Assembly: GCA_964493625.1 (NCBI GenBank)
Contig: CAZBOU010000001.1
Span: forward strand, 143,922 to 207,921
Direction: 5' to 3'
DNA length: 64,000 nt
Source: an uncultured Caldisericota bacterium
Lineage (GTDB): Bacteria; Caldisericota; Caldisericia; UBA6126
Of the stretch, positions 9,477 through 19,086 are shown piece by piece (the first letter of the stretch is position 1; each line of letters begins with the position of its first letter). Below the pieces are notes generated by a model. The model was not told where the DNA came from, ran no database searches, and saw only the letters and a list, made by a program, of their open reading frames with translations. The position numbers were made by a program, and so were the translations under genes.

Positions 9477-12400
9477 ATGAGCGCTAAAAAGATCATTAGC
9501 TTGTTGTTAGGATTTATGGTAATGTTCTCCATTGTTTCGGTTGGGTATTCAAGAATCACTACATTTGTAAACGAACCCAATCCAAACACAGCAGGAACTC
9601 CTGCTAATCATACGTTAAAGTTTACCAATACAGAAACGATTCCGCAGGGGGGCCGTATTGAGATAGAGTTTCCTTCTGCTTTTAATTTGTCTACTTTATC
9701 CATGGGAGCCCCTTTTGACGAGACGGATTTTGTGGTTACCTTGCAAAAGCCAGCCGCTTCTCCAGCCCCTCCCGTTGTAAAGCCTGGATCTGTTATGCGA
9801 GATGGAAAAAAATTGTCATTTGAAATTGGCGATTCTGACGTTGCACCAGGTTTTCAGAGAATAGAAATTACCAACACCAAAATTCTGAATCCTCCTACGC
9901 CAGGAAACTATACCATTCAGTTACGAACCTACGATACGGCTGCGAATAATCAAAGACAAATTGAGTATGCAACGTCTTCGCAGTTTGAAATTGTTACAGA
10001 AATGAGCCGTGCCTCTGTGTATCCAGACCCAAACAGGGCTGGAGAAAGGGCCAAGTATACCATACGGTTTAAACTAGGAACCGGAACCAGCAGGAGTCTG
10101 TTTGCCGGAGACCGTATTCGCATTCAATGGGATGCCAATCTTGTACCCGGTGCTGACCCTACTAACGCTACTTTTATTCAAGCTCCCATTCCGAAAGAAT
10201 CTGTTACTGTAAACGGTATTCACCCTCAAATAGATCCTCAATTTATATCAGAAGGTATACCAGAGCCTAATCCTACTGGAAGCTTTTGCGAAATGGACAT
10301 TATCCTTCCGAATAATATAAGCACTACCTCTTCCTATGCTCCTGAAGTCTCGATTGTGTTTGATCAGTCTGCAGGCATCATCAACCCCGATGGAGAATTG
10401 GACAATCGTACTATTACAGTAGGTATTTATAGAAGTGATGGGGTTACAGTAGTTGAACCCGCTCTTGAATCCAATGCCTATTCTCTCAAAACATCTCTTT
10501 TTGTTCCTGCCGTTTTTGTTCAACCAGACAAAACGAATGCAATTGCAGAATATCATGTGGCTTTCAAAGTAGGAGAACAAGGTAAGCTTATTGCAAATTC
10601 TGGAAGAGTGAGCGTAGAATTTCCTTCAGAAACAGGAGTACCTTCTACAATATCTGCTTTCAGTATCAAAACTGCTTCCCCTCCTCCAGCTGCAGAACCA
10701 CCACTGCCGTATGCTGGTGCAACCACAAACGCTCCTTACGATCCTCAAATTGTAGGGAACAAAGTCTCGTTTGTCGTACCAGAGACTGTTATGCCAGGAC
10801 AATATGTTTGTTTCATCTTTAAAACCGATGCTGGGATACGCAACCCCGACAGAGAAGGAATTTATCACTTAAAACTATCAACATCAGCAGAGCCTTCCGT
10901 TGTAACATCTCAGAACTACAGAATCCAAGGCTATAGTACAACAGGCGTCACGGTTGTCCCAAACAAATCAGAAGAAGAGGCAGAATGGAACATCCGTTTT
11001 AAACTTGGATCTTCTGCTGGATTGTATACGTTCAATAACGATACGATTGCTATTACCTTCCCCCAAGGGACAGGTCTACCTGCCATTGATATTCCAGCAG
11101 GCGATATTGCAGTCAATGGCGTTGCAACCACCGCACCTGCTGTAGTGAACCCTGCTACTAGACAAGTGACTATTTTAGTCCCCCAGTCCATCGAACAAGG
11201 AGCAAATGTAGTAGTTCGTATCAAGAAACAAGCAAAAATTAACGTCCCGACCATTGACGTCACTCCCAAATATTTTACGTTGAAAATAGAGGTTTCTTCA
11301 GAAACAGATCCGTATATCTCAGACCCATTTGAAGTATATACCTCTATAGATAACCTAACGGTACTTTTAAACGACCCAGGTGTGGGCGTGGTATCTCAAC
11401 AAGAAATAAGCTTTACATTAGGGGATGTTGATGAAGGATTGAAAGCAAACGAGAGTATTTCATTGGAGTATCCTGCAGGAACCAATGTACCCTCGTTCAT
11501 TAATGCAGGCAACATTCGAATCCTGAACGTAGCCTCTGCTGTCGAAATGAACCCCTCTTCAGTCCAAGTTAGCGGTCAAAGAGTTAAAATGACCCTACCG
11601 TCCACGTTCCCAACAATCTTAGAAAAAAATGCTGTAAAAGTTACGTTTTTATCAAGTTGTGGAATTTCGAACCCTACGGAACCTGGATCTTACACTCTTA
11701 CTGCTTATACTTCGAAAGAGACCACACCGGTTCAATCTGAATTCTATACGATTGGAACTGTTTCAGGTGCTGTACAAATATCGGTTGAACCAAAGGCCTC
11801 TGGTTATTGTATCCCACAACCTGTTGTACCAAAAAATGACAAGGGTGCTGTGTATACAATTCAATTTTTGACAGGCTCTAGTGGAGGGTTGTCCACAGGT
11901 CAATTTGTAACGGTTGTATTCCCCCCATCCTATGCAGCAATATTTAACAACAACTATCCGATTCCAACCAATACCATCCCTCCAGGCAATATTATGGTGA
12001 ATGATCAACCCGTAACCATGGGATCTACCATAACAGATGCCCCAGCATCGTATCCTGCGGGTTCCAAAATGGTGCAAATACCCCTGCCTGTTTCGATTGG
12101 TGCTACCGAAAAAGTGTCTATTCGATTTTTGGAATCAGCGGATATCGACAACCCCGTAGTTACCATTACTCCGCAGCCCTTTACTTTACATGTCTTTACT
12201 GCTACAGAATCCTCCGCAGTATCGGGTACTTTTTATTTGTATTCTCAAATAGAAGGTATTGGCGGAGCCCCTATCAATAGTAATTTGCCCATTAATGTGA
12301 CTTTATCAAACTATACAGCCGGACGAGATTGCGGCATTGAGTTTGGTTTTAAAACCGGTCCCATTGGAGCTCTCAAGGCAAACTCTGATACAGTTTCCGT

Positions 12401-15400
12401 AATGCTTCCACAAGGAACAAGGCTTCCTTCTTACATAGCTTCTGGCACCATATTGGTGGATCAAGATGGCGTGATTGACGGCAATGAAGTATCTGTTCTG
12501 AATCCAAAAATTGATCACAACATTGTTACTTTTACCGTTCCAATCGATGTTGGCAATCTTGACAACCTGTATGTGTACTTCACCGAGCAAGTAGGCATGT
12601 TAAACCCCAGTGCACCCGGAAATTATCAGATATTTGCCAAAACTTCTTCTGAAGAAAACTATATAGGGTCTTTGGAATACACCATCAATCCTGTTTCTTA
12701 CACCATTCCTACAGTCAGTGTAAAACCTGCATTTATTGGTGTGGATGGTTTGTATACCATTCGTTTTCAAACCGGTTCGTATGGAAACTTGAATATGGGA
12801 GACACGATCAATCTGCGATTTCCCTTAGACACTACCATCCCAGCTTCCATGAATTCTTCCTACGTTCGAGTAAACAATGTCCGGTGTTCTATCAATCCAT
12901 TGACGAATCCAGCGGATCGAACCATACAAATTTACAGTCCCGTTGCTATCAATGGAAACTCTACCATTGAAATCACCATCCACGAAGATGCAAAAGTGAC
13001 GAACCCAACAATTGCTGACAAATACAATATGGAAATATGGACTTTGCGCGAAGGTTCTAAGAATAATCCTCTTATCTCCAATGAATATGAAATTTATGCC
13101 AACACCAGCCCTTTGCACATCACAACTGAAATTTCTCCTTGCACCCCCTATACCAATGCGGAATATGGTATTGAGTTTTATACCCCCGAAGCCATTGTTG
13201 CCAATACAACAGAAGTGAAGATAACCTTTCCCAATGGCACCTTCATTCCCTCTACCCTAGATTCCTATACCATTATGTTTGGTTCCACATACTGCAGGAC
13301 AACGCCAACTGTTGCGCAATATACGGTAACCCTTGTTTCTCCTATTGCAATCAGCAAAAATGATCCTGTGAAAATTACCTTTACCAAAGATGCTGATATT
13401 CAGAATACAAGCGAAGGAACGCACAAGATGTATTTTGAAGTTGTAGGACCCGGTCTGGTCCGAAGAGATCGTGATGTATACATTTGTCCTGATTTGGATT
13501 TACACCGCATCGAAATAACTCCAAGCGACGTACGAATATCAGAAGGCAAATCGCAAACCTTTACTGCGTTTGCCTATGATGCCAACGGAAATAGAATTTC
13601 TCGGGGCGTTGTATATCACTGGAGTTTGTCTGGTGGTATTGGTTGGTTAAGTAGCTTTAAAGATGAAAGAACCGAATTTTATGCCAGTGATATTGGCAAA
13701 GGAAGCGTGACGGTTACAGTTTCCTATGGATCCCAATCTTCGATCACAGTGTCTTCCATGGTAACCGTTGTGGGGCCTTTGGATCGCATTGTGCTATCTC
13801 CCGATTCAATTACAACATCCCGCGGAAAAAAGACCCGATTCATGGTAACCGCCTATGATGGACAAGGCGAAATGATAGAGGACGTTTCCTATACCTGGAC
13901 GGTGGAACCGTCATTGGGAAAAATTGACAAGCTAACGAATCCCAATGAAATTGATTTCTTAGCGGAATCCGAAGGACGATGTACCCTACAGGTAACTGTT
14001 AAACAGCAGGATGTCTATCGAGAAGCCACAGCGGATATTGATATTCGCAACGGCGTCAATGATTTACGTTTTGAACCTTCTTCGTATCCTAGTCCTTTTG
14101 AACCATCCGAAATCATTGGACCCATTGTGGTAAAAATGGTGGATCAAAGCGGGAATCCAATTGTACAGAATACGGCCTACACCATTACATTAAAATCTTC
14201 TTCCACAACCACACGGTTTTCATTGGATGGAGCGACATGGACAGAGCAACATACTATTGACGTCCAAGTAGCACCAAATTTCTCTGAATCCATGCCGTTT
14301 TTTGTTTCTGATTTGGAACAAGGCAATATTTCGGTTACGGCTACATCAAAAGATTACAATGCTGCCATTATGACGCTTAGCATACGAGGAATCAAAAAAC
14401 AATTGATGTTTAGAACGCCTCCTAGACTTTTACGCATCAACAAGCCATCCGATCCTATTATGGTTCAATTGGTAGATATTTTCGGGAACTCTTTCAAAAT
14501 GAACAGAGACATCTTGATAAATGTCAAAGCAGATTCTCATACGGCAACATTTTCAACGTTTTCTTCCGCAGAAGAATGGCTACCCCAAAGCAGCATATTG
14601 TTAAAAGCAGAAGAACAGCATGTAGAGTTTTATTGTATGGATACCCGAGAAGGATCATTTAACATCACGGTATCCCATCCATTGTTTGGTAGCATCACCC
14701 AGATGGAAATGGTTGCTTCTCCCGGTTCCGTTAGCATGCCCGAAGTAACAGTAAACCCATCCACTGTGGACGCAGTTGCAACTTACGGTATAGCTTTCAC
14801 TTTAGGTCTTGACGGAAGCTTGGGAACAATATCAGACACCATTACCATCCAATTTCCAAAAGAAACCACTCTTCCCAACTATCTATCCGCCCAAGATGTT
14901 CTAGTGAACGATAATCCGATGTTTACAACGCCATACATTGATGCTGCAAAGAAATTTATCCGCCTTGTACCCCCTGTAGAATTGAACGGTGGGCAAAAGA
15001 TAAATATTGTAATTAAAGGCATTACCAACCCTTCCACAGAAAATGATTATCATATTACGGTATTTACCTCGAAACAGACTACACCATCTTTGTCGGCAGG
15101 ATACCATATTGGAGTTTCCTCCGTTACCGACGTGATTGTATCGCCAAATCCTGTCATTACAGGAGAAATTGCCACCTATGAAATTGGATTTCGTACAGGT
15201 GTTTCAGGGGATCTCATGCAAGGTGATACCATTGTTGTATTGTTTGACTACAATTTCACATTGCCCAAGAAAATTGGTAGAAATACCGTGATGGTCAACG
15301 GAGTGATACCTTCTTCTGACCCCATAGTATCTGGAAAATCGGTCATCATAAAAGTCGATCGAAAAATTGGATCCAATTCCAAAGTAGAACTTGTTCTTAC

Positions 15401-17117
15401 AAAAGAAGCAGGTATTGCAAATCCTGAGTTTCCTGGAATGTATCAGTGCAGGCTTTATACTTCGAAGGAAGAATCAAGTGTGGAATCGGAACCATTCCAA
15501 ATTGTTGACCGTTCCACCTTACAACGAGTTAAGGTGCAGCTGAAACCAGCTAGCATTGCTTCTGAAACGCAAATTACCATTACAGGAAATCTTGGCCCTT
15601 ATGGTGCTTTAACACGTGGAGAAAACATCTATGTTTCCTTGCATCCATTTGTGTTGCCAGAGACCTTACACGGATCATATGCAGCCGTGAATGGTATTCG
15701 GTTGAGTGGAACTCTTGAAGTCAAAAAGAAAGTGGTGACCCTACCTCTTTCCATGAATCTTGCCAATGGGGAAGACTTGACAATTATTTTCTACAGCCAG
15801 GCTGGTATCATTAATCCCACCACCCCTGGCTATGACTACAGAATTAGTATATGGAGTGACAAAGAACCTGCTCAGGTTATGTCCGAACCCTTTACTGTAG
15901 AGCCTTCCTTGGAAATTGATTGCTTGTTAACACCCGATTCACCCGATGGATTGTCTGGCTGGTATATAACAGCACCTACTGCAATTTTCACTTCCAATGT
16001 GATTGGTACTTTCTACTATCGTATTGATAACAACCTGGAAAAAGAGTATACGAATCCAGTGGAACTGAATATGCCCGGGAAACACACATTGTACTATCGT
16101 TTGGTAACAAAAATGGGAACTGAATCCGATGAATACAAAGTTGAATTTTCCTATGACGGAGAGGGACCAGAAATCCTTACCAATATTGAATCCGAAGTCC
16201 TTTATACACGAGATCAGACATATCCTTTGTCCATACGTATCAACGATATTTCACCAGTGAAGGTAACTGTGAACCAAAAACCTATCACGCTCATAGAAAA
16301 TACATATTCAGCGCTTTTGAATTTACAAAATGGTGAGAATACTATTCAAATAAAGGCAGAAGATGAAGCTGGAAACATTACGTATGCAACCTACCGAATC
16401 ATTGTGAAAGTGAACCCACCCATTCTTGTGCTTTCTTCTCCACAGTTGTACCAAACAGTAGAAGACGTGTACTTCTCTACCACACCCGATGGAAATGCAT
16501 TGTATGCCAACATACGAATTCGAGGAACCACAGAAATTGGAATCCAGAAAGTGCAAGTGGTTTCTTCCACAAAACCAGACGAAACGATAACTTTGGATGT
16601 GGATCATATGGGAACATTTGATCGAGTTGTGGGAATGTCTGTACTGGCTGGCGATAACATCTTAAAAGTTGAAGTAGAAGATGCCGTAGGAAATAAAAAC
16701 AGTGTCACTATTTCCTTTATTGTAAGGTGCACATTGCGACTTCGCATTGGTGTTGAAACCGGGTATTTAAATGCAACGTCCCTTACCTTGGATGCAGCTC
16801 CGTATTTGAAGTACAACATGCACACCATGATCCCCTTCCGCTTAGTAGCTGAATCCTTTGGTGCTAAGGTAGGATGGGATCACACAGAACGAAAAGTTTC
16901 TTACGATTTCCGAGGGGTCCATATTGATCTATGGATTGATCAGTTAAAAGCTGTTATTACTCATCCAGATGGACGCAAAGAAACGAAAAATATGCCAGCA
17001 GAACCCGAATTAAAAAATGGAAGAACTATGATTCCATTGCGGTTTGTTGCTGAATCGATGGGTATGAAAGTTGGCTGGGATGCCAAATTATGGGAAGCTT
17101 CATTGACCTATCCGTAA
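9477..17117 (+). CDS. Giant secreted repeat-module surface protein (2,546 aa)
   Basis: RBS AAGGAGGAAGG precedes the ATG at 9477, 43 nt after the upstream stop. Signal peptide MSAKKIISLLLGFMVMFSIVSVGYS. Hand count of 12 modules with the same signature, Big_2-like domains (~13500-14040), and Big_1/invasin-like units (~14040-14700). C-terminal GWY domain (DSPDGLSGWY), Ig unit (AEDEAGN) and 2x CuAO-N-like repeats (GRTMIPLRFVAESMGMKVGW). Confidence 0.9.
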   Translation: MSAKKIISLLLGFMVMFSIVSVGYSRITTFVNEPNPNTAGTPANHTLKFTNTETIPQGGRIEIEFPSAFNLSTLSMGAPFDETDFVVTLQKPAASPAPPVVKPGSVMRDGKKLSFEIGDSDVAPGFQRIEITNTKILNPPTPGNYTIQLRTYDTAANNQRQIEYATSSQFEIVTEMSRASVYPDPNRAGERAKYTIRFKLGTGTSRSLFAGDRIRIQWDANLVPGADPTNATFIQAPIPKESVTVNGIHPQIDPQFISEGIPEPNPTGSFCEMDIILPNNISTTSSYAPEVSIVFDQSAGIINPDGELDNRTITVGIYRSDGVTVVEPALESNAYSLKTSLFVPAVFVQPDKTNAIAEYHVAFKVGEQGKLIANSGRVSVEFPSETGVPSTISAFSIKTASPPPAAEPPLPYAGATTNAPYDPQIVGNKVSFVVPETVMPGQYVCFIFKTDAGIRNPDREGIYHLKLSTSAEPSVVTSQNYRIQGYSTTGVTVVPNKSEEEAEWNIRFKLGSSAGLYTFNNDTIAITFPQGTGLPAIDIPAGDIAVNGVATTAPAVVNPATRQVTILVPQSIEQGANVVVRIKKQAKINVPTIDVTPKYFTLKIEVSSETDPYISDPFEVYTSIDNLTVLLNDPGVGVVSQQEISFTLGDVDEGLKANESISLEYPAGTNVPSFINAGNIRILNVASAVEMNPSSVQVSGQRVKMTLPSTFPTILEKNAVKVTFLSSCGISNPTEPGSYTLTAYTSKETTPVQSEFYTIGTVSGAVQISVEPKASGYCIPQPVVPKNDKGAVYTIQFLTGSSGGLSTGQFVTVVFPPSYAAIFNNNYPIPTNTIPPGNIMVNDQPVTMGSTITDAPASYPAGSKMVQIPLPVSIGATEKVSIRFLESADIDNPVVTITPQPFTLHVFTATESSAVSGTFYLYSQIEGIGGAPINSNLPINVTLSNYTAGRDCGIEFGFKTGPIGALKANSDTVSVMLPQGTRLPSYIASGTILVDQDGVIDGNEVSVLNPKIDHNIVTFTVPIDVGNLDNLYVYFTEQVGMLNPSAPGNYQIFAKTSSEENYIGSLEYTINPVSYTIPTVSVKPAFIGVDGLYTIRFQTGSYGNLNMGDTINLRFPLDTTIPASMNSSYVRVNNVRCSINPLTNPADRTIQIYSPVAINGNSTIEITIHEDAKVTNPTIADKYNMEIWTLREGSKNNPLISNEYEIYANTSPLHITTEISPCTPYTNAEYGIEFYTPEAIVANTTEVKITFPNGTFIPSTLDSYTIMFGSTYCRTTPTVAQYTVTLVSPIAISKNDPVKITFTKDADIQNTSEGTHKMYFEVVGPGLVRRDRDVYICPDLDLHRIEITPSDVRISEGKSQTFTAFAYDANGNRISRGVVYHWSLSGGIGWLSSFKDERTEFYASDIGKGSVTVTVSYGSQSSITVSSMVTVVGPLDRIVLSPDSITTSRGKKTRFMVTAYDGQGEMIEDVSYTWTVEPSLGKIDKLTNPNEIDFLAESEGRCTLQVTVKQQDVYREATADIDIRNGVNDLRFEPSSYPSPFEPSEIIGPIVVKMVDQSGNPIVQNTAYTITLKSSSTTTRFSLDGATWTEQHTIDVQVAPNFSESMPFFVSDLEQGNISVTATSKDYNAAIMTLSIRGIKKQLMFRTPPRLLRINKPSDPIMVQLVDIFGNSFKMNRDILINVKADSHTATFSTFSSAEEWLPQSSILLKAEEQHVEFYCMDTREGSFNITVSHPLFGSITQMEMVASPGSVSMPEVTVNPSTVDAVATYGIAFTLGLDGSLGTISDTITIQFPKETTLPNYLSAQDVLVNDNPMFTTPYIDAAKKFIRLVPPVELNGGQKINIVIKGITNPSTENDYHITVFTSKQTTPSLSAGYHIGVSSVTDVIVSPNPVITGEIATYEIGFRTGVSGDLMQGDTIVVLFDYNFTLPKKIGRNTVMVNGVIPSSDPIVSGKSVIIKVDRKIGSNSKVELVLTKEAGIANPEFPGMYQCRLYTSKEESSVESEPFQIVDRSTLQRVKVQLKPASIASETQITITGNLGPYGALTRGENIYVSLHPFVLPETLHGSYAAVNGIRLSGTLEVKKKVVTLPLSMNLANGEDLTIIFYSQAGIINPTTPGYDYRISIWSDKEPAQVMSEPFTVEPSLEIDCLLTPDSPDGLSGWYITAPTAIFTSNVIGTFYYRIDNNLEKEYTNPVELNMPGKHTLYYRLVTKMGTESDEYKVEFSYDGEGPEILTNIESEVLYTRDQTYPLSIRINDISPVKVTVNQKPITLIENTYSALLNLQNGENTIQIKAEDEAGNITYATYRIIVKVNPPILVLSSPQLYQTVEDVYFSTTPDGNALYANIRIRGTTEIGIQKVQVVSSTKPDETITLDVDHMGTFDRVVGMSVLAGDNILKVEVEDAVGNKNSVTISFIVRCTLRLRIGVETGYLNATSLTLDAAPYLKYNMHTMIPFRLVAESFGAKVGWDHTERKVSYDFRGVHIDLWIDQLKAVITHPDGRKETKNMPAEPELKNGRTMIPLRFVAESMGMKVGWDAKLWEASLTYP

Positions 17118-17150
17118 AGGATTTCCTACTGGTAGAACAAAAAGAAAAAA

Positions 17151-17181
17151 AAGACCGCTTATGCAAGCGGTCTTTTTTTTT
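17151..17181 (+). terminator. Rho-independent terminator after the giant-gene pair
   Basis: Perfect hairpin AAGACCGCTT-atgc-AAGCGGTCTT followed by a run of 9 T. Confidence 0.85.
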
Positions 17182-17185
17182 AATC

Positions 17186-17213
17186 TTGTAAAAAATGCAT
17201 GAAATGATAAAAT
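17186..17213 (+). promoter_or_regulatory. Candidate sigma-70-type promoter for trxA
   Basis: TTGTAA, 16-nt spacer, TAAAAT, with a TG at the extended -10 position (TGaTAAAAT). Lies ~25 nt upstream of the trxA start. The region is AT-rich, so specificity is limited. Confidence 0.4.
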
Positions 17214-17238
17214 TAATAAAAATGATTAGGAGTTTTTT

Positions 17239-17565
17239 ATGAGTAATTATGTTGAAATAAAGTCGATGGATGATTTTCAGACACAGGTATTGGAATCAGA
17301 CAAACCTGTTTTAGTTGATTTTTGGGCCCCATGGTGCGGACCTTGTCGCATGGTTGCCCCTGTTCTTGAAGAACTTGCGGCAGAATCCGATGGAAAATAC
17401 GCAATTGCCAAAGTGAACACCGATGAAGTACCCGACATCGCTACAAAGTATTCCATTGTGAGCATTCCTACTTTAATTCTATTTAAAAATGGAGCTGCTG
17501 TAGATAAAGTTATTGGAGCATTGCCAAAAGAACAACTAAAGGCCTTTGTCGATAAAAACTCATAA
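17239..17565 (+). CDS. trxA: Thioredoxin
   Basis: 108 aa with active site FWAPWCGPCR. GGAG sits 6 nt upstream of the ATG. Confidence 0.95.
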   Translation: MSNYVEIKSMDDFQTQVLESDKPVLVDFWAPWCGPCRMVAPVLEELAAESDGKYAIAKVNTDEVPDIATKYSIVSIPTLILFKNGAAVDKVIGALPKEQLKAFVDKNS

Positions 17566-17568
17566 TTA

Positions 17569-18006
17569 ATGGATAAAAAAACCTTTATGGAGAATATCCA
17601 GTCTTTTGTTTTAAAGACTGGATATTCTCCATTGGATATGAAAGTCCAAGTGAAAAACGATACTTTAAGAGTGTCTTTTTGCATTTATAAAAAAGATAGA
17701 TCGATTTCTTTGGACGATTGCTCAAAGGTAACATTGGTTGTTCGCGATTTTTTAAATATGTTACTTGGCAAAGAAGCAGATTTTATTGTAGATGTTTCTT
17801 CTCCTGGAGCAGATAGAAAACTGAAATCATGGCAAGAGTTTTCATTGTTTACCGGGAAAAAGGTTCGTTTCACTCGAAAAGATGAACCTCCTATTGAAGG
17901 AACGCTACAGAGCGTTATAGAGCCCGATAAAGTTGTTTTTCTGTGTGACAATAAGGAAGTTATTGTTCCCTATGGTAGTATTGTTTGTTGCCAATTAGTT
18001 TTGTAG
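17569..18006 (+). CDS. rimP: Ribosome maturation factor RimP
   Basis: VDVSSPGADRKL motif typical of RimP/DUF150, and conserved position upstream of nusA. Confidence 0.85.
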   Translation: MDKKTFMENIQSFVLKTGYSPLDMKVQVKNDTLRVSFCIYKKDRSISLDDCSKVTLVVRDFLNMLLGKEADFIVDVSSPGADRKLKSWQEFSLFTGKKVRFTRKDEPPIEGTLQSVIEPDKVVFLCDNKEVIVPYGSIVCCQLVL

Positions 18007-18018
18007 TAGGAGTAAAAA

Positions 18019-19086
18019 GTGCCAGCTGGTAAAATTTTTCAAGCCATTGATATTTATTGTAAAGAACGCGAGATTAAGAAAAAAGATGCAATATATCATG
18101 CTATAGAACAGGGAATTTTGGCAGCCTATAAACGGGCCTTTGGAAATATTGACAATCTTCGCGTTGTCATGAATCCCCATATGCGTCTTTTAAAAGTGTA
18201 TGAGGGGAAAAAAGTAGTGATTACTCCTCAAAACTCAATGACCGAAATTTCGGTAGAAGAAGCTCAAAAAATAAAGCCAACTGCCCAACTTGGAGATACC
18301 GTTGAAATTGAGTTAAATTTACAGAAACTGGATCGTATTCTTGCAGATGTTGTAAAACAAGTGGTAATGCAACATATACACAAGAATTACCAAGACGAAA
18401 TATTTGATGAGTTTAAAACTAGAGAACACACAATGGTCATAGGGGAAGTTTCAAAAGTTACACCCTCTCGCATCTATGTAAAGATTAACAAGGCAGAAGG
18501 AATTCTCCCACAAGATGAACAAATACCTACTGAACACTACCAGATAGGGGAACAGATCCACTGCTACATATTTTATGTTTACCGATCAAAACGCGAGCCC
18601 ATTATCATGTTGTCACGAACTCATCCCAATTTGTTAAAAACTCTTATGGAACTTGAAATACCAGAACTTGCACAAGGATTGATTGAAGTAAAAAAAATAG
18701 TAAGAGAAGCCGGAGTTCGAGCAAAAGTTTCTGTTTTTTCCTCCGAACCTAAAATTGATCCTGTGGGAACTTGCATTGGAACTAAAGGATCAAGAATAAA
18801 CGCAGTAGGAAAAAGACTATATGGAGAAAAAATTGATGTAATCCGGTGGAGCGACGATATTACAGCCTATATTGCCAACTCTCTGAGTCCAGCAAAAGTA
18901 GAGCAAGCAGATGTTACAATAGACCAAAACAATCATATGGCGACTGTTTTGGTAAAACCTCAGTACTTTTCATTGGCCATTGGACAAAAAGGCTTAAATG
19001 TCAAATTAGCTGCTCGTTTAACCAGTTTCAAACTGGATGTTTTACAAAAGAATGAATCGCATGAACAGGAGAATGTATCTTTATGA
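18019..19086 (+). CDS. nusA: Transcription termination/antitermination factor NusA
   Basis: 355 aa with N-terminal NusA domain, S1-like segment and KH-type segments (GTCIGTKGSRI, AIGQKGLNVKLA). rimP-nusA-infB synteny and a GTG start. Confidence 0.93.
   Translation: MPAGKIFQAIDIYCKEREIKKKDAIYHAIEQGILAAYKRAFGNIDNLRVVMNPHMRLLKVYEGKKVVITPQNSMTEISVEEAQKIKPTAQLGDTVEIELNLQKLDRILADVVKQVVMQHIHKNYQDEIFDEFKTREHTMVIGEVSKVTPSRIYVKINKAEGILPQDEQIPTEHYQIGEQIHCYIFYVYRSKREPIIMLSRTHPNLLKTLMELEIPELAQGLIEVKKIVREAGVRAKVSVFSSEPKIDPVGTCIGTKGSRINAVGKRLYGEKIDVIRWSDDITAYIANSLSPAKVEQADVTIDQNNHMATVLVKPQYFSLAIGQKGLNVKLAARLTSFKLDVLQKNESHEQENVSL

Noticed and set aside
1-17117. Periodic repeats that could be mistaken for a CRISPR array or non-coding tandem repeats
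   Set aside because: The periodicity is in-frame (multiples of 3, ~390-840 bp) within uninterrupted ORFs and is conserved mainly at the protein level. There are no short direct repeats with unique spacers and no cas genes.
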